DNA from: Anaerolineales bacterium
GTDB taxonomy: Bacteria; Chloroflexota; Anaerolineae; Anaerolineales; UBA4823
Assembly: GCA_035286585.1 (NCBI GenBank)
Contig: DATEDC010000067.1
Coordinates: 1,272-65,271 of the forward strand
Length of the DNA: 64,000 nucleotides
Direction of reading: 5' to 3'
The position numbers and the translations under genes are program-made. Each line of letters opens with the position of its first letter. The stretch's first letter is position 1. Positions 8,897-18,671 of this stretch are shown here, piece after piece. The notes beneath the pieces are model-generated. The model saw only the letters and a program-made list of their open reading frames with translations. It was not told the DNA's origin and ran no database searches.

Positions 8897-10627
8897 ATGA
8901 ACACCAGGCGAAGCTCCGCTCGAGGCCTGTTCTTATGGCTGCCGCCTCTGGCATTTCTGGCGCTGTTCTACTTTTACCCCTTGGGCAGCATCTTCGCAGC
9001 CAGTTTCCAGCGCGCTGAAGGGGGAATGATCGCGCCTTTCTGGGAGGCGCTCACCTCGCCATCTATCCGGCGGGTGCTGACCTTCACTATCGGGCAGGCT
9101 TTTTTGTCCACTTTGCTGACCCTCTTGATCGGCCTGCCAGGGGCCTACCTTCTGGCGCGCTATCGTTTTCGGGGCAAATCTCTGCTCCAGGCTTTGATGG
9201 GCATTCCCTTCGTCCTGCCCACGCTTGTGGTGGCAGCCGCCTTCAACGCCCTGCTGGGGCCGCGCGGCTGGGTGAACTTGCTGCTGATGAGCTGGTTCAA
9301 TCTCTCCCAGCCGCCGGTCCAGTTCGTCAACAGCATCTGGGCTATCCTGGTGGCGCACGTGTTTTACAACACCACGATCGTGCTGCGCATGGTCGGCGAT
9401 TTTTGGGCTCATCTCGACCCGCGCATCAACCAGGCCGCTCAGACGTTAGGTGCAAGCCGCTGGGGTACATTAACCCGCATTACCCTGCCGCTGCTGATGC
9501 CGGCCATCAGCGCGGCCGCCCTGCTGGTGTTCATCTTTGATTTCACCTCCTTCGGTGTGGTCCTGATCCTGGGAGGGCCGCGTTATGCAACCCTGGAGGT
9601 GGAGATTTACTATCAGACCATCAGCCTGTTCAACCTGCCGCTCGCGGCCGTTCTTTCCATCCTGCAGTTGCTCTGCACTTTAGGATTGACGGTTATCTAC
9701 ACCCGCCTCTCGCTGCGTGTATCCCGACCACTCTCCATGCGGCCCCAGGCATACACGCAGAAACCTCTGTCCGGTTGGCGCAGCCGCCTGCTGGCCGGCG
9801 CGCTGATCTTCTTACTGGCTGGCTTGCTCATCACGCCCTTGATTGGGCTGGCGGCTCGCTCGTTCACCCACCTCAACCTGCCAGCAGTGTCCTCCAGGTC
9901 TGCTCCCAGCGGACTGACGCTGAGATATTACCAGGAGCTCTCTATCAACCGCCGCGAGGCCTTGTTCTACGCACCGCCAATCGCGTCGATCGGCATATCT
10001 CTGGGATATGCCCTTGCCACCGTCGCCCTGGCGCTGGCTTTGGGCTTGCCAGCCTCGTGGGCGCTTTCCAGGTCCTCCAAAAGCGGCGAGAGCACATCCG
10101 AGGCGTTGAACCGCTGGCTCGACCCGCTCATGATGCTGCCCCTGGGCACCTCCGCGGTCACCCTGGGGCTGGGCTTCATCCTTGCCCTGGGTCGTCCTCC
10201 GCTCAACCTGCGCGCCTCTCCGCTGCTCATCCCGTTGGCGCATACCATGGTCGCCCTGCCCTTCGTTGTCCGCAGCCTGACACCCGCCCTGCGCAGCATT
10301 CGCCCACGCCTGCGAGAGGCTGCGGAGGTGTTAGGAGCCGCGCCGCACCAGGTGCTCCGCCACGTGGACCTGCCATTGGTGGGCAGGGCTGTGCTGGTCG
10401 CGGCTACGTTCGCGTTCACCATTTCAATGGGCGAATTCGGCGCAACCGCCCTGATCTCTCGCCCAGAATACCCCACCATCCCTATGGCAATCTACCGATT
10501 CATCTCGCAGCCCGGGGCGCTCAATTATGGCCAGGCGCTGGCGCTCAGCACGATCCTGATGGTCGTCACGGCTTCGGGCATGCTGCTGATCGAGCGCTTC
10601 CGCATGGCTGAGGTGGGCGAATTTTAG
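8897..10627 (+). CDS. thiP: Thiamine/iron-type ABC transporter permease (duplicated 6+6 TM)
   Basis: 576 aa with two MetI-like halves, each with an EAA-type loop (AAQTLGASRWGTLTRITLPLL; EAAEVLGAAPHQVLRHVDLPL). Operon context with the thiamine SBP. Confidence 0.8.
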   Translation: MNTRRSSARGLFLWLPPLAFLALFYFYPLGSIFAASFQRAEGGMIAPFWEALTSPSIRRVLTFTIGQAFLSTLLTLLIGLPGAYLLARYRFRGKSLLQALMGIPFVLPTLVVAAAFNALLGPRGWVNLLLMSWFNLSQPPVQFVNSIWAILVAHVFYNTTIVLRMVGDFWAHLDPRINQAAQTLGASRWGTLTRITLPLLMPAISAAALLVFIFDFTSFGVVLILGGPRYATLEVEIYYQTISLFNLPLAAVLSILQLLCTLGLTVIYTRLSLRVSRPLSMRPQAYTQKPLSGWRSRLLAGALIFLLAGLLITPLIGLAARSFTHLNLPAVSSRSAPSGLTLRYYQELSINRREALFYAPPIASIGISLGYALATVALALALGLPASWALSRSSKSGESTSEALNRWLDPLMMLPLGTSAVTLGLGFILALGRPPLNLRASPLLIPLAHTMVALPFVVRSLTPALRSIRPRLREAAEVLGAAPHQVLRHVDLPLVGRAVLVAATFAFTISMGEFGATALISRPEYPTIPMAIYRFISQPGALNYGQALALSTILMVVTASGMLLIERFRMAEVGEF

Positions 10628-10635
10628 GTGCCAAA

Positions 10636-11694
10636 ATGAGTGTACTTCGCCTGGTGGGAATCGAGAAATCGTTTGGCGCCACCCGCGCGGTGCGCGGCGT
10701 CTCCTTCGAGGTGGCGGAGGGGGAAATCCTGGCCTTGCTCGGCCCGAGCGGCTGCGGGAAATCCACCGTGCTGGCGATGATCGCCGGGCTGGAAAAACCC
10801 GATCGCGGCGAGATCTATTGGGATGCCGAGCCGCTGCATGGCATACCCCCTCACCAGCGCGGCTTCGGATTGATGTTCCAGGATTACGCCCTCTTCCCGC
10901 ACATGAACGTCTATGCCAATGTCGCCTTTGGGCTGCGCATGACGAAGCTGCCAGAAGCCGCAATCCGCCAGCGAGTCGCCGAGGTGCTCGAGCTGGTGGG
11001 ATTGGCGAGCTTCGACCAGCGGGATGTCAACACGCTGTCTGGCGGCGAGCAGCAAAGGGTCGCCCTGGCGCGGTCGCTGGCTCCAAACCCACCCCTGCTG
11101 ATGCTCGATGAGCCGCTGGGCTCGCTCGATCGCGCTTTGCGGGAGCGGCTGGTCGAGGAGCTGGGTGCGATTCTGAAGAACAGCCAGCAGACCGCCATCT
11201 ACGTCACCCACGACCAGGAAGAGGCTTTTGCGCTCGCCGGCCGGGTGGTCGTGATGAACCAAGGTGGGGTCGAGCAAATCGGGACGCCCCACCTTATCTA
11301 CTCGCAGCCCGCCTCGACCTTTGTAGCTCGATTCATAGGGCTGAACAACCTGTTTGAGGGCGAGATACAAAGGATCGCGGGGCGGAAAGTGGTCGCCACC
11401 CCCCTCGGCCCGATACCCTGCAACACACAGGCGAGCGGCAGGGTGATGGTGCTGCTGCACCCAGACGCCGTGCGCATAAATGAGCAGCTGGAAGGGCAGC
11501 AAGTCAGGCTGGAAGGGCGGGTCGTTGAGCGCTCCTTCCGGGGCAGCCTGTGCCGCATCGTCCTGGCTATCAACGCGCTGCGTCTGACTTTCGACTTCAT
11601 GTCCAGCACGCCTTTGCCATCGGAAGGCGAAAGCGCGACCCTGGTCTTCGATCCCGAGCAGGCAATCCGGCTGCTCCCGCTTGACGATTATTAA
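10636..11694 (+). CDS. ABC transporter ATP-binding protein with C-terminal TOBE-like domain
   Basis: Walker [10 protein letters not shown], signature [13 protein letters not shown], Walker B LLMLDEP, H-loop VTHDQ. Confidence 0.9.
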   Translation: MSVLRLVGIEKSFGATRAVRGVSFEVAEGEILALLGPSGCGKSTVLAMIAGLEKPDRGEIYWDAEPLHGIPPHQRGFGLMFQDYALFPHMNVYANVAFGLRMTKLPEAAIRQRVAEVLELVGLASFDQRDVNTLSGGEQQRVALARSLAPNPPLLMLDEPLGSLDRALRERLVEELGAILKNSQQTAIYVTHDQEEAFALAGRVVVMNQGGVEQIGTPHLIYSQPASTFVARFIGLNNLFEGEIQRIAGRKVVATPLGPIPCNTQASGRVMVLLHPDAVRINEQLEGQQVRLEGRVVERSFRGSLCRIVLAINALRLTFDFMSSTPLPSEGESATLVFDPEQAIRLLPLDDY

Positions 11695-11743
11695 ATATTT
11701 TTATATAATAAATATTAAAATAATATATCTTAAAGGAGGTAAC

Positions 11744-12601
11744 ATGTCTGAGCATGAATACGCCCACCCCGAGTTCCTGGTTGAGACCGATTGGGTTGCC
11801 CAGCACCTGGATGACCCGGCAATCCGGCTGGTTGAATCGGATGAAGATTACCTGCTCTATGATACCGGGCATATCCCGGGAGCCGTGAAAGTTGATTGGT
11901 TCACCACCCTGCAGCACCCCATCCGCCGAGATTTCCTGAGCACAGACGAATTCGAAGCGCTGTGCTCGCAGCTAGGCATAGCCAACGACACCACCGTGGT
12001 TTTCTATGGCGATAAAAGCAACTGGTTCGCAACCTACGCCCTGTGGCTTTTCCGCTATTATGGTCATGCAAAGCTCAAAATCATGAACGGCGGTCGAGCC
12101 AAGTGGGGCCAAGAAATCCGCCCGCTGACCAAAGTAGTTCCCTACTATCCACGTACGACTTACCAGGCAAAGGGACCAAACCCAAGCATCCGCGCCTTCC
12201 GCGACCAGGTGTTCCAGCATCTGGACGCCAAACTTCCGCTTGTGGACGTTCGCTCACCGAAGGAATACACCGGCGAGCTGATCCACATGCCCAATTACCC
12301 CCAGGAAGGCGCCACTCGCGGCGGGCATATCCCCGGCGCAATGAACATCCCCTGGTCTCAGGCGACGAATGATTCTGACGGCACCTTCAAAACCGCGCAG
12401 GAGCTGCGCCAGTTGTATGGCTCGGCCGGCATCACGCCGGACAAAGAGATCATCGCCTACTGCCGCATAGGCGAGCGCAGCTCGCACACCTGGTTCGTGC
12501 TCACCTACTTACTGGGCTACCCAAAGGTCAAGAATTACGATGGCTCGTGGACTGAGTGGGGCAACCTGGTCAACGCCCCGATCGAAAAAATCTCCGTTTG
12601 A
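11744..12601 (+). CDS. Two-domain rhodanese (thiosulfate/3-mercaptopyruvate sulfurtransferase)
   Basis: Active-site loop [23 protein letters not shown] 6 nt before the ATG at 11744; the upstream part of the track ORF lies in a nearly pure AT spacer. Confidence 0.85.
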   Translation: MSEHEYAHPEFLVETDWVAQHLDDPAIRLVESDEDYLLYDTGHIPGAVKVDWFTTLQHPIRRDFLSTDEFEALCSQLGIANDTTVVFYGDKSNWFATYALWLFRYYGHAKLKIMNGGRAKWGQEIRPLTKVVPYYPRTTYQAKGPNPSIRAFRDQVFQHLDAKLPLVDVRSPKEYTGELIHMPNYPQEGATRGGHIPGAMNIPWSQATNDSDGTFKTAQELRQLYGSAGITPDKEIIAYCRIGERSSHTWFVLTYLLGYPKVKNYDGSWTEWGNLVNAPIEKISV

Positions 12602-13095
12602 TGTGTACGCTGACAGTGATCAAGCGTAACATCCACAGTCAGGAGACCTGGCGCTATTGCGGCGAGCCCCTCCACCGGGAGCCCAACCGGATTGTTTTAA
12701 TAGCGCACTTCGACCGGGAGGATGTGGATTTCCACGGCATACCGCTGTGCCATGGCGACCGTTTCATCGAGACCTATTACACGGATCGCTGGTACAACGT
12801 ATTCGAAATCCACTCCCACGAAGACGACCACCTGCGTGGCTGGTACTGCAATATCACCCGCCCGGCGATCATCACGGAGAGGGAAATCTGCTATGACGAT
12901 CTGGCTCTCGATTTGCTGGTCTTCCCAGACGGGCGCCAGATCGTCCTGGATATAGAGGAATTCTCCCTCCTGGATATCCCAGAGGTGCAGCGAGCCAGCG
13001 CCTGGGACGCGCTCAAATACCTGCAAGCGCATTTCAGGGAGCGGCAAGAAGAGGCTGCAGTTATAAAGTCAGCAGATGAAGCGCCTGGAGCGTAA
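12601..13095 (+). CDS. DUF402-family protein (FomD-like nucleotide phosphatase fold)
   Basis: RWYNVFEI...LRGWYCNITRPA...YDDLALDLLVFPDG pattern is typical of DUF402. The ATG shares one nt with the rhodanese TGA (TGATG), which implies translational coupling. Confidence 0.7.
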   Translation: MCTLTVIKRNIHSQETWRYCGEPLHREPNRIVLIAHFDREDVDFHGIPLCHGDRFIETYYTDRWYNVFEIHSHEDDHLRGWYCNITRPAIITEREICYDDLALDLLVFPDGRQIVLDIEEFSLLDIPEVQRASAWDALKYLQAHFRERQEEAAVIKSADEAPGA

Positions 13096-13261
13096 GCCTA
13101 AAAATCTCGTCGCCATACGTCCAAAGGTACCAGCCGATAGCCGCGATCGCAACGCAGCAGCAAAGCAAGACCAGCACCACAACTGCGATGATGATGGCGG
13201 TGGTATTGCTCCTCTTAGGCTCTTGCAGGGGGGGAATGGATTCTCCGAAGTCCTCTGCCAT
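13061..13261 (-). CDS. Small single-pass membrane protein (66 aa)
   Basis: GAGGAG RBS 5 nt upstream of the ATG. One clear TM helix (AIIIAVVVLVLLCCCVAIAAIGWYLW). Last gene of the DUF2085-DUF4126 operon. Its 3' end overlaps the convergent DUF402 gene by 35 nt. Confidence 0.45.
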   Translation of the reverse strand: MAEDFGESIPPLQEPKRSNTTAIIIAVVVLVLLCCCVAIAAIGWYLWTYGDEIFRLTLQALHLLTL

Positions 13262-13300
13262 TTTTTCTCCTCGCTTGATTTAATGTAGGTACCTGGAATT

Positions 13301-13870
13301 CTAACCCATCCTGGAATATTTCACCCGCCGTCCCATTCGCAAAACCAGCCACGCGGTAATTAGTATGACGATCATGGCGACCAGGACAGGGATCACCACG
13401 GACAGGATCGATAGCACCGTCGAGATGAGATCCTCCAGGATGCTCACCGGCACATTGCCCGCGCCGCCAGTTGTCGCGGTAACTGCCGGACGCACCGCCA
13501 GGGACTTTATGGCGTGCACCCCGCCAGCTACGAACAAGCCACACGCCAGGGAGAGGGCTGGATGAATATCGGTAATCACCTTTGCGCTAGAGGCAAAAAC
13601 TATCGCCCCAGCCGCAGGTCTGATCGCGGTCTGGATCACATCATTCACATGATTGACCGCCGGAACTTTATCAGCGAAAAATTCCACCACCAAGAGGAGG
13701 AGCAACAAGCCGATCAGCCACCAACTCTCCAGTGCGCTCCACGGCGAGCCGAGCTGGATCAGGTCTGTAAAACGGGCCAGCAAGGCGATCACAAGCAAAG
13801 GAATATAGGCATTCAGGCCGGCGCTGGCGGAAAGCCCAAAAGCGGAAAATATACCCATCACCAAATCCAT
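13301..13870 (-). CDS. DUF4126-family integral membrane protein
   Basis: 189 aa, multi-TM; FGLSASAGLNAYIPLL and EFFADKVPAVNHVNDV motifs are characteristic of DUF4126. Confidence 0.7.
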   Translation of the reverse strand: MDLVMGIFSAFGLSASAGLNAYIPLLVIALLARFTDLIQLGSPWSALESWWLIGLLLLLLVVEFFADKVPAVNHVNDVIQTAIRPAAGAIVFASSAKVITDIHPALSLACGLFVAGGVHAIKSLAVRPAVTATTGGAGNVPVSILEDLISTVLSILSVVIPVLVAMIVILITAWLVLRMGRRVKYSRMG

Positions 13871-13885
13871 AAGGCCTGCCTTCTT

Positions 13886-14710
13886 TCACCCGAGGCGGAA
13901 GCCATCCCAGGTGCCTGTCAGCCAGAAGCGAGCCACGTCCAGCAGCGCGACCTGCATCAGCGCCAGCCCAAACCCTGCCGTCAGCGGGAGGAACAGTTCT
14001 GGGATTTTCAGGTAGCTGTTTTCGCTACGCGTGACCATCAGCCAGAGCATGCAGTATACCATGCTCAGTAAAACCAGCACACCCGCGGCGCTGATGAGCG
14101 CCAGTGGATATAACAACAACGGATTTTCGCTCAGCACCAGGAGTATCAGTACGAGGGAAATGGTCAGCAAGCCAGCAAACGTTCTCAGACTGGAGAGCGC
14201 CGGCCGCGGCTCCCAGTTCTTCCATACGGTTTGGTTGAACGCCGGGAAGAGGGCAACAGAGATCAGCAGGCCCATGCCGGTCCCGGTCGCCAGCCGCAGC
14301 CAGTTCTGCGGCTGGTAAAGCCAGGCGTCTGGGGAGTAAAAACTGGTAAAGGAATTCACCCCATCGACGACAAACGCCAATCCCAATGCAGCGGCAGCTG
14401 CCAGAACCCGCTTTGGCGGTGTGCCCCCCCTGCGGCTGCCCAACGCCGCCTGATACGCCAACCCGAGCATCGCCCCCAGGTACATTCCATTACATCGGGC
14501 GCACAAGGGCAGTTGGCGATCTCCCAGGTAGAATGAGCGCAGGTCGATCCGGTGGCAGACTGCATAGCCGATCGCATCCGCCTTGCCCAGTAGCCCCGCT
14601 GGAGTGTTCACCAGCCAGCCCAGCAGTAACAATGAGACCGCCAGCAGCACGATCCTGTTCCAGGGATAGCGCCACAGGGTCAGCGCCTTGAGCGGAGGCT
14701 CCATAGCCAT
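13886..14710 (-). CDS. DUF2085-family membrane protein
   Basis: CHRIDLRSF...PLCARCNGMYLG Cys motif of DUF2085 followed by several TM helices. Confidence 0.7.
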   Translation of the reverse strand: MAMEPPLKALTLWRYPWNRIVLLAVSLLLLGWLVNTPAGLLGKADAIGYAVCHRIDLRSFYLGDRQLPLCARCNGMYLGAMLGLAYQAALGSRRGGTPPKRVLAAAAALGLAFVVDGVNSFTSFYSPDAWLYQPQNWLRLATGTGMGLLISVALFPAFNQTVWKNWEPRPALSSLRTFAGLLTISLVLILLVLSENPLLLYPLALISAAGVLVLLSMVYCMLWLMVTRSENSYLKIPELFLPLTAGFGLALMQVALLDVARFWLTGTWDGFRLG

Positions 14711-14859
14711 GAATTATAGGGTATTTTGCTGAAAACGCAAGTTCGACTGGGGAGGTTCTTTGAGGATCGTCGTGGGGGAATAAAACCCACATCCCGCCAT
14801 TTTGCGGTATGATAGCCATTTGGGCTTCAAACCCGAAATCAACGCGGAGCACACAGTCT

Positions 14860-16083
14860 ATGCGATTAAGATCGAGTCTTCTCATCATTTTGATGTTTTT
14901 TCTGAGCGCCTGCGGCAGGGCCGCCCCGGTGTTGGAGTCCACACCCACCCCGGAAAGCGTCATCCAGTCCACTCCAACGACAGCGCCCACCTCAACGTCC
15001 ACCCCAACGGCGACAAACACGCCAGAACCCAGCCAAACGCCAAGCCCTACGGCAACTCTCCCGCCTGTTGATTACGGGCCGCGGGATTTCCCGGCGAACG
15101 TCAACCCGCTGACCGGCCTGCCCGTCTCCGACCCAACCCGTTTAGATCGGCGTCCCGTGGCTGTTAAAATCCAAATTTTCCCTCGTGGACAGCGCCCGAC
15201 CTTCGGTGTCTCGTTGGCGGATATCGTTTACGATTTTTACCAGAACTTCGGGCTGACGCGCCTGCACGCTATTTTCTACGGGGACGATGTCGCGCAGGTA
15301 GGCCCTATCCGTTCAGCGCGCATCCTGGATGGCAAGCTGGTGCGCATCTATAAATCTATCCTCGCCTTCGGAGGCGCTGACCAGCGCATCCTGAACCTGA
15401 TCCGCAATACCGATTACGGGGACCGGCTGCTGAGCGAAGGTTCAAGCTCCTGCCCGGCGATGTGCCGGATAGACCCCAATGGTCTCAACTACCTGGTTGC
15501 CAACACCCAGGAACTCCAGGCGTATGCCACTCGCGTGGGCGTTGAGAACGGCCGACAAAACCTGGACGGCATGCGCTTCGCCCACCAGCCTCCCGATGGC
15601 GGCAACCCTGGAACCCAGTTGTACGTGCGCTACTCGATCAGCGCTTACGTACGCTGGGATTACGACCCGCAGCAAAACCGCTATTTGCGCTTCCAGGACG
15701 CCCAGGAAGCCAGCACAATCCAGGAAGAGGTTTACCAGCCTTTCATGGATAAAACCAACGCCGTAGAGACACAGGTCTCGGCTGATAATGTCGTCGTAGT
15801 GTACATGACCCACCAGAACGGCCTGGGCATCCCTTACGGACCCAATGAAATTATCGATGTCCAGTTGGACGGCGCTGGGGATGCCTTCATTTACCGGGAT
15901 GGGAAAGTTTACCAGGTGCGCTGGGTCGTGGCGGAGCGCGAAGCCCGCCTGACCCTGGTTGGGCTGGATGGGAACCTTTTCCCGTTCAAGCCGGGCAACA
16001 CCTGGTTCCAGGTGGTCGGAGTATCCGCAACGCGCAGCCAAGCCTCCCCCGGGGTCTGGCGCTACGAAAACCGCCTGCCATAA
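14860..16083 (+). CDS. DUF3048 (YerB-like) lipoprotein with Thr/Pro-rich linker
   Basis: Lipobox FFLSAC after MRLRSS. NPLTGLPVSDP..RRPVAVKI..RPTFGVSLADIVYDFY..TRLHAIFYG..VGPIRSAR matches DUF3048 N- and C-domains. Confidence 0.75.
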   Translation: MRLRSSLLIILMFFLSACGRAAPVLESTPTPESVIQSTPTTAPTSTSTPTATNTPEPSQTPSPTATLPPVDYGPRDFPANVNPLTGLPVSDPTRLDRRPVAVKIQIFPRGQRPTFGVSLADIVYDFYQNFGLTRLHAIFYGDDVAQVGPIRSARILDGKLVRIYKSILAFGGADQRILNLIRNTDYGDRLLSEGSSSCPAMCRIDPNGLNYLVANTQELQAYATRVGVENGRQNLDGMRFAHQPPDGGNPGTQLYVRYSISAYVRWDYDPQQNRYLRFQDAQEASTIQEEVYQPFMDKTNAVETQVSADNVVVVYMTHQNGLGIPYGPNEIIDVQLDGAGDAFIYRDGKVYQVRWVVAEREARLTLVGLDGNLFPFKPGNTWFQVVGVSATRSQASPGVWRYENRLP

Positions 16084-16112
16084 ACCAACGCAATCGAGAA
16101 GGGACCCACGCC

Positions 16113-16158
16113 GCGCTCCACAGCTTGAAAATCAAGGCGTTGTGGAGCGTTTTTTTTT
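16113..16158 (+). terminator. Intrinsic terminator after the first DUF3048 gene
   Basis: CGCUCCACA (16113-16121) pairs with UGUGGAGCG (16141-16149), followed by a 9-U run. Confidence 0.8.
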
Positions 16159-16267
16159 ATTTCAGGGGCGAAGAGCCGTCACCTTACAATTTTATTTAGC
16201 GATATTTACATTATTTCAACGAAAAATGCGATATCATCAAAGATAACCTGGCGCGGGGTTGATCCAG

Positions 16268-17554
16268 ATGATAAAACGCCTATTCATGGTCTTCTTGGGG
16301 GTGCTCCTGGGCGGATGCACCGGGCTGGCGGCAAATCTCCAGCTCGTCTCCCTGTTCTTAATGCCGCCACTCCCCGCCCTCGCCACGCTTCCCCCGGCGC
16401 CCTCACCCACCAGCACGCCTGCCGTCCTGCACGCCCGCCTTCCGGATACGCCGTCCACACCTGAAGTTGAAATTCTGCCGCCAACAGCGACCAGCGCCCC
16501 ATCGCCCACTGCCTCGGCTACGCCCTACCCCTCCCCAACGCCTTACCTATACATTCAGGGACCTTTTTATTTCCCCGCGGATGTCAACCCGTTGACCGGT
16601 TTGCCGGCGGAAGACCCGGGTTTGCTCAGCCGCCGCCCGATCGCGATCAAAGTTACTAATTTTCCGAGGAGCGTGCGACCCCAATGGGGGCTATCCCTGG
16701 CTGACCACGTATATGAATACTACATCGGCGATGATATGTCTCGCTTCATCGGCATATTCTACTCTCAGGATGCCATCCGGGTCGGTCCTATCCGCTCAGC
16801 GCGCCTTTTCGACGGGCATATTGTGCGCCTCTATGAGGCAAATTTCGCCTTCGGTTGGGCGGACGATCCCATATTGGAGACGCTGCTCTTGCCCGATTTG
16901 CTGCCGCGACTGATCGTTGAGCACGCCGATAACTGCCCTCCACTGTGCCGCATTGGTCCAAAATATGCTTACAACAACCTGTACATCGACACCGGCCAGG
17001 TCGCGGCCTACCAGCAAGCGCGAGGGGCGAATAACGACCGCCAGGCGTTAGACGGCTTGCGCTTTGAAGCTGCGACGCCGAAAAGCGGCAACCCGGGTAA
17101 AAGCCTGTCGCTGGCTTATTCACTGGTTTCTTATCATCGTTGGGAGTACGATCCATATGCCGGGCGCTACCTGCGCTTTCAGGAAACCGGGGCGCGCCTG
17201 GGGGGCGAAGCCAGCTACGCTCCGCTCAGCGATGCGCTCACGGGCGCGCAGCTCGCTGCCGATAATATCATCATCCTGAAGATCCCCCACGAATATTTCT
17301 ACAAGTCCAGTTCCACGGAGATTATCGACCAGCCGATTGTAGGAGAGGGAAGCGGCTATGCCTTCCGGGACGGGCAGCTTTACCCTATCCAGTGGGCTCG
17401 CTCAGACGCTCAGGCGATGCTGAAATTCACCCTTCCCAACCAGCGCCCTTATCCTCTCAAGCCGGGGAATGTCTGGTTTGAGATCCTCGGCGAAAGCTCA
17501 ACCCTCAACCTGCTCCCGGATGGCTCCTGGGATTTCGAGTTCAGCATACCATGA
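16268..17554 (+). CDS. DUF3048 (YerB-like) lipoprotein, tandem paralogue
   Basis: Lipobox LLGGC. Same motif series as the upstream gene (NPLTGLPAEDP..RRPIAIKV..RPQWGLSLADHVYEYY..IGIFYS..VGPIRSAR). Confidence 0.75.
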   Translation: MIKRLFMVFLGVLLGGCTGLAANLQLVSLFLMPPLPALATLPPAPSPTSTPAVLHARLPDTPSTPEVEILPPTATSAPSPTASATPYPSPTPYLYIQGPFYFPADVNPLTGLPAEDPGLLSRRPIAIKVTNFPRSVRPQWGLSLADHVYEYYIGDDMSRFIGIFYSQDAIRVGPIRSARLFDGHIVRLYEANFAFGWADDPILETLLLPDLLPRLIVEHADNCPPLCRIGPKYAYNNLYIDTGQVAAYQQARGANNDRQALDGLRFEAATPKSGNPGKSLSLAYSLVSYHRWEYDPYAGRYLRFQETGARLGGEASYAPLSDALTGAQLAADNIIILKIPHEYFYKSSSTEIIDQPIVGEGSGYAFRDGQLYPIQWARSDAQAMLKFTLPNQRPYPLKPGNVWFEILGESSTLNLLPDGSWDFEFSIP

Positions 17555-17587
17555 CACCATCAATCAGCGCCGCAACTACTCCCGCGG

Positions 17588-18622
17588 TTACAAGCTGCGG
17601 AGGATCTCTCTCACCAGGCCGGGACCCCGGTAGACCAGCCCGGTGTACACCTGCACCAGGGTCGCCCCGGCATCCAGTTTTTCGCGGGCATCCTGCGCTC
17701 CCAACACCCCGCCCACCCCGATAATCGGCAGCCTATCCCCGGTGCGGGCATAAATCTTAGCCACCATATCGGTGCTCAACTGGCGCAAAGGCAGCCCGCT
17801 CATGCCCCCAGCGCTTGCCGCCCAGGCGCAGCTTTCGAAAGCCTTCGGCTCCACGTTCTCCCGGCTGACCGTCGTATTAGTGGCGATCACCCCATCCATG
17901 CCCGTCGTCAGCACTGCCTGCAGGGCGTCATCCAGCTCGGCGTCGCTGAGGTCGGGAGCCAGCTTCACCAACAGGGGCGGGCAGCCCTTTGACCGCTCTG
18001 CCAGGTCTCTCCCCCGCTGCGCAAGCTGGGCGAGCAGCTCTTCCAGGGCGTGGCGGGCTTGCAAGCGGCGCAGCCCAATCGTATTCGGGGAGCTGACGTT
18101 CACCACCAGGTAATCCGCCAGGGGCGCACACTGCTCCAGCAGCTCCAGGTAGTCCTGGGCAGCCGCCTCGAGCGGCGTATCTGTATTCTTTCCCAGGTTG
18201 ATCCCCAGGCGGATGCCGGCTGGCCGTTTACCCTGCACCTGCCGCTGTAAATAATCAGCCCCCTGGCTGGGAAAGCCCATTCGGTTGACCAAAGCCATTT
18301 CTTGCGGCAGGCGCGCCAGGCGCGGGTGTGGGATGCCTGCTTGCGGTCTGGGCGTGACCGTCCCGACCTCGATGTGGCTGAACCCCAGGCAGGCCAGCCC
18401 ACGCCAGGCGCGCCCATCTTTGTCATAGCCGGCTGCCAGGCCAACCGGATTCTTAAACTTCAACCCAAAGGCGCAAACTGGCTTATCTTCAGCGGCAAAC
18501 CAGAGGCGCACGGCAGCCGCCAGGGGCGGCAGCCTGCCAACCAGGCGCAAGAGGCTCAGCGTGAGCGCGTGCGCACGTTCGGGCTCCAGGCGAAATAGCA
18601 GCCCTCTGAGGACAGGGTACAT
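17588..18622 (-). CDS. pyrD: Dihydroorotate dehydrogenase (quinone), class 2
   Basis: 344 aa; FKNPVGLAAGYDKDG, IEVGTVTP, NVSSPNT, GVIATNTT, IGVGGV motifs. Confidence 0.9.
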   Translation of the reverse strand: MYPVLRGLLFRLEPERAHALTLSLLRLVGRLPPLAAAVRLWFAAEDKPVCAFGLKFKNPVGLAAGYDKDGRAWRGLACLGFSHIEVGTVTPRPQAGIPHPRLARLPQEMALVNRMGFPSQGADYLQRQVQGKRPAGIRLGINLGKNTDTPLEAAAQDYLELLEQCAPLADYLVVNVSSPNTIGLRRLQARHALEELLAQLAQRGRDLAERSKGCPPLLVKLAPDLSDAELDDALQAVLTTGMDGVIATNTTVSRENVEPKAFESCAWAASAGGMSGLPLRQLSTDMVAKIYARTGDRLPIIGVGGVLGAQDAREKLDAGATLVQVYTGLVYRGPGLVREILRSL

Positions 18623-18671
18623 TTGGTCTCAATCCCAGGCAGGCATGTTTTGAACGCCGATCATTCAAGCG

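Noticed and set aside
9775-10611. 278-aa alternative-frame ORF inside the ThiP-like permease
   Set aside because: Same strand, shifted frame. The product is Pro/Arg/Gly-rich, while the permease frame has TM helices and EAA loops.
10624-11502. 292-aa minus-strand ORF antisense to the ABC ATPase (and similar antisense ORFs at 34230-34982, 52675-53454, 58641-59297, 32574-33296, 40263-40889)
   Set aside because: Each overlaps a gene with strong family motifs on the other strand. These are high-GC antisense artefacts.
11695-11743. Nearly pure A/T 50-nt spacer upstream of the rhodanese gene as a special element
   Set aside because: It is most simply a promoter/UP-element region with several -10-like hexamers. 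No symmetry or repeat structure is present beyond AT richness.
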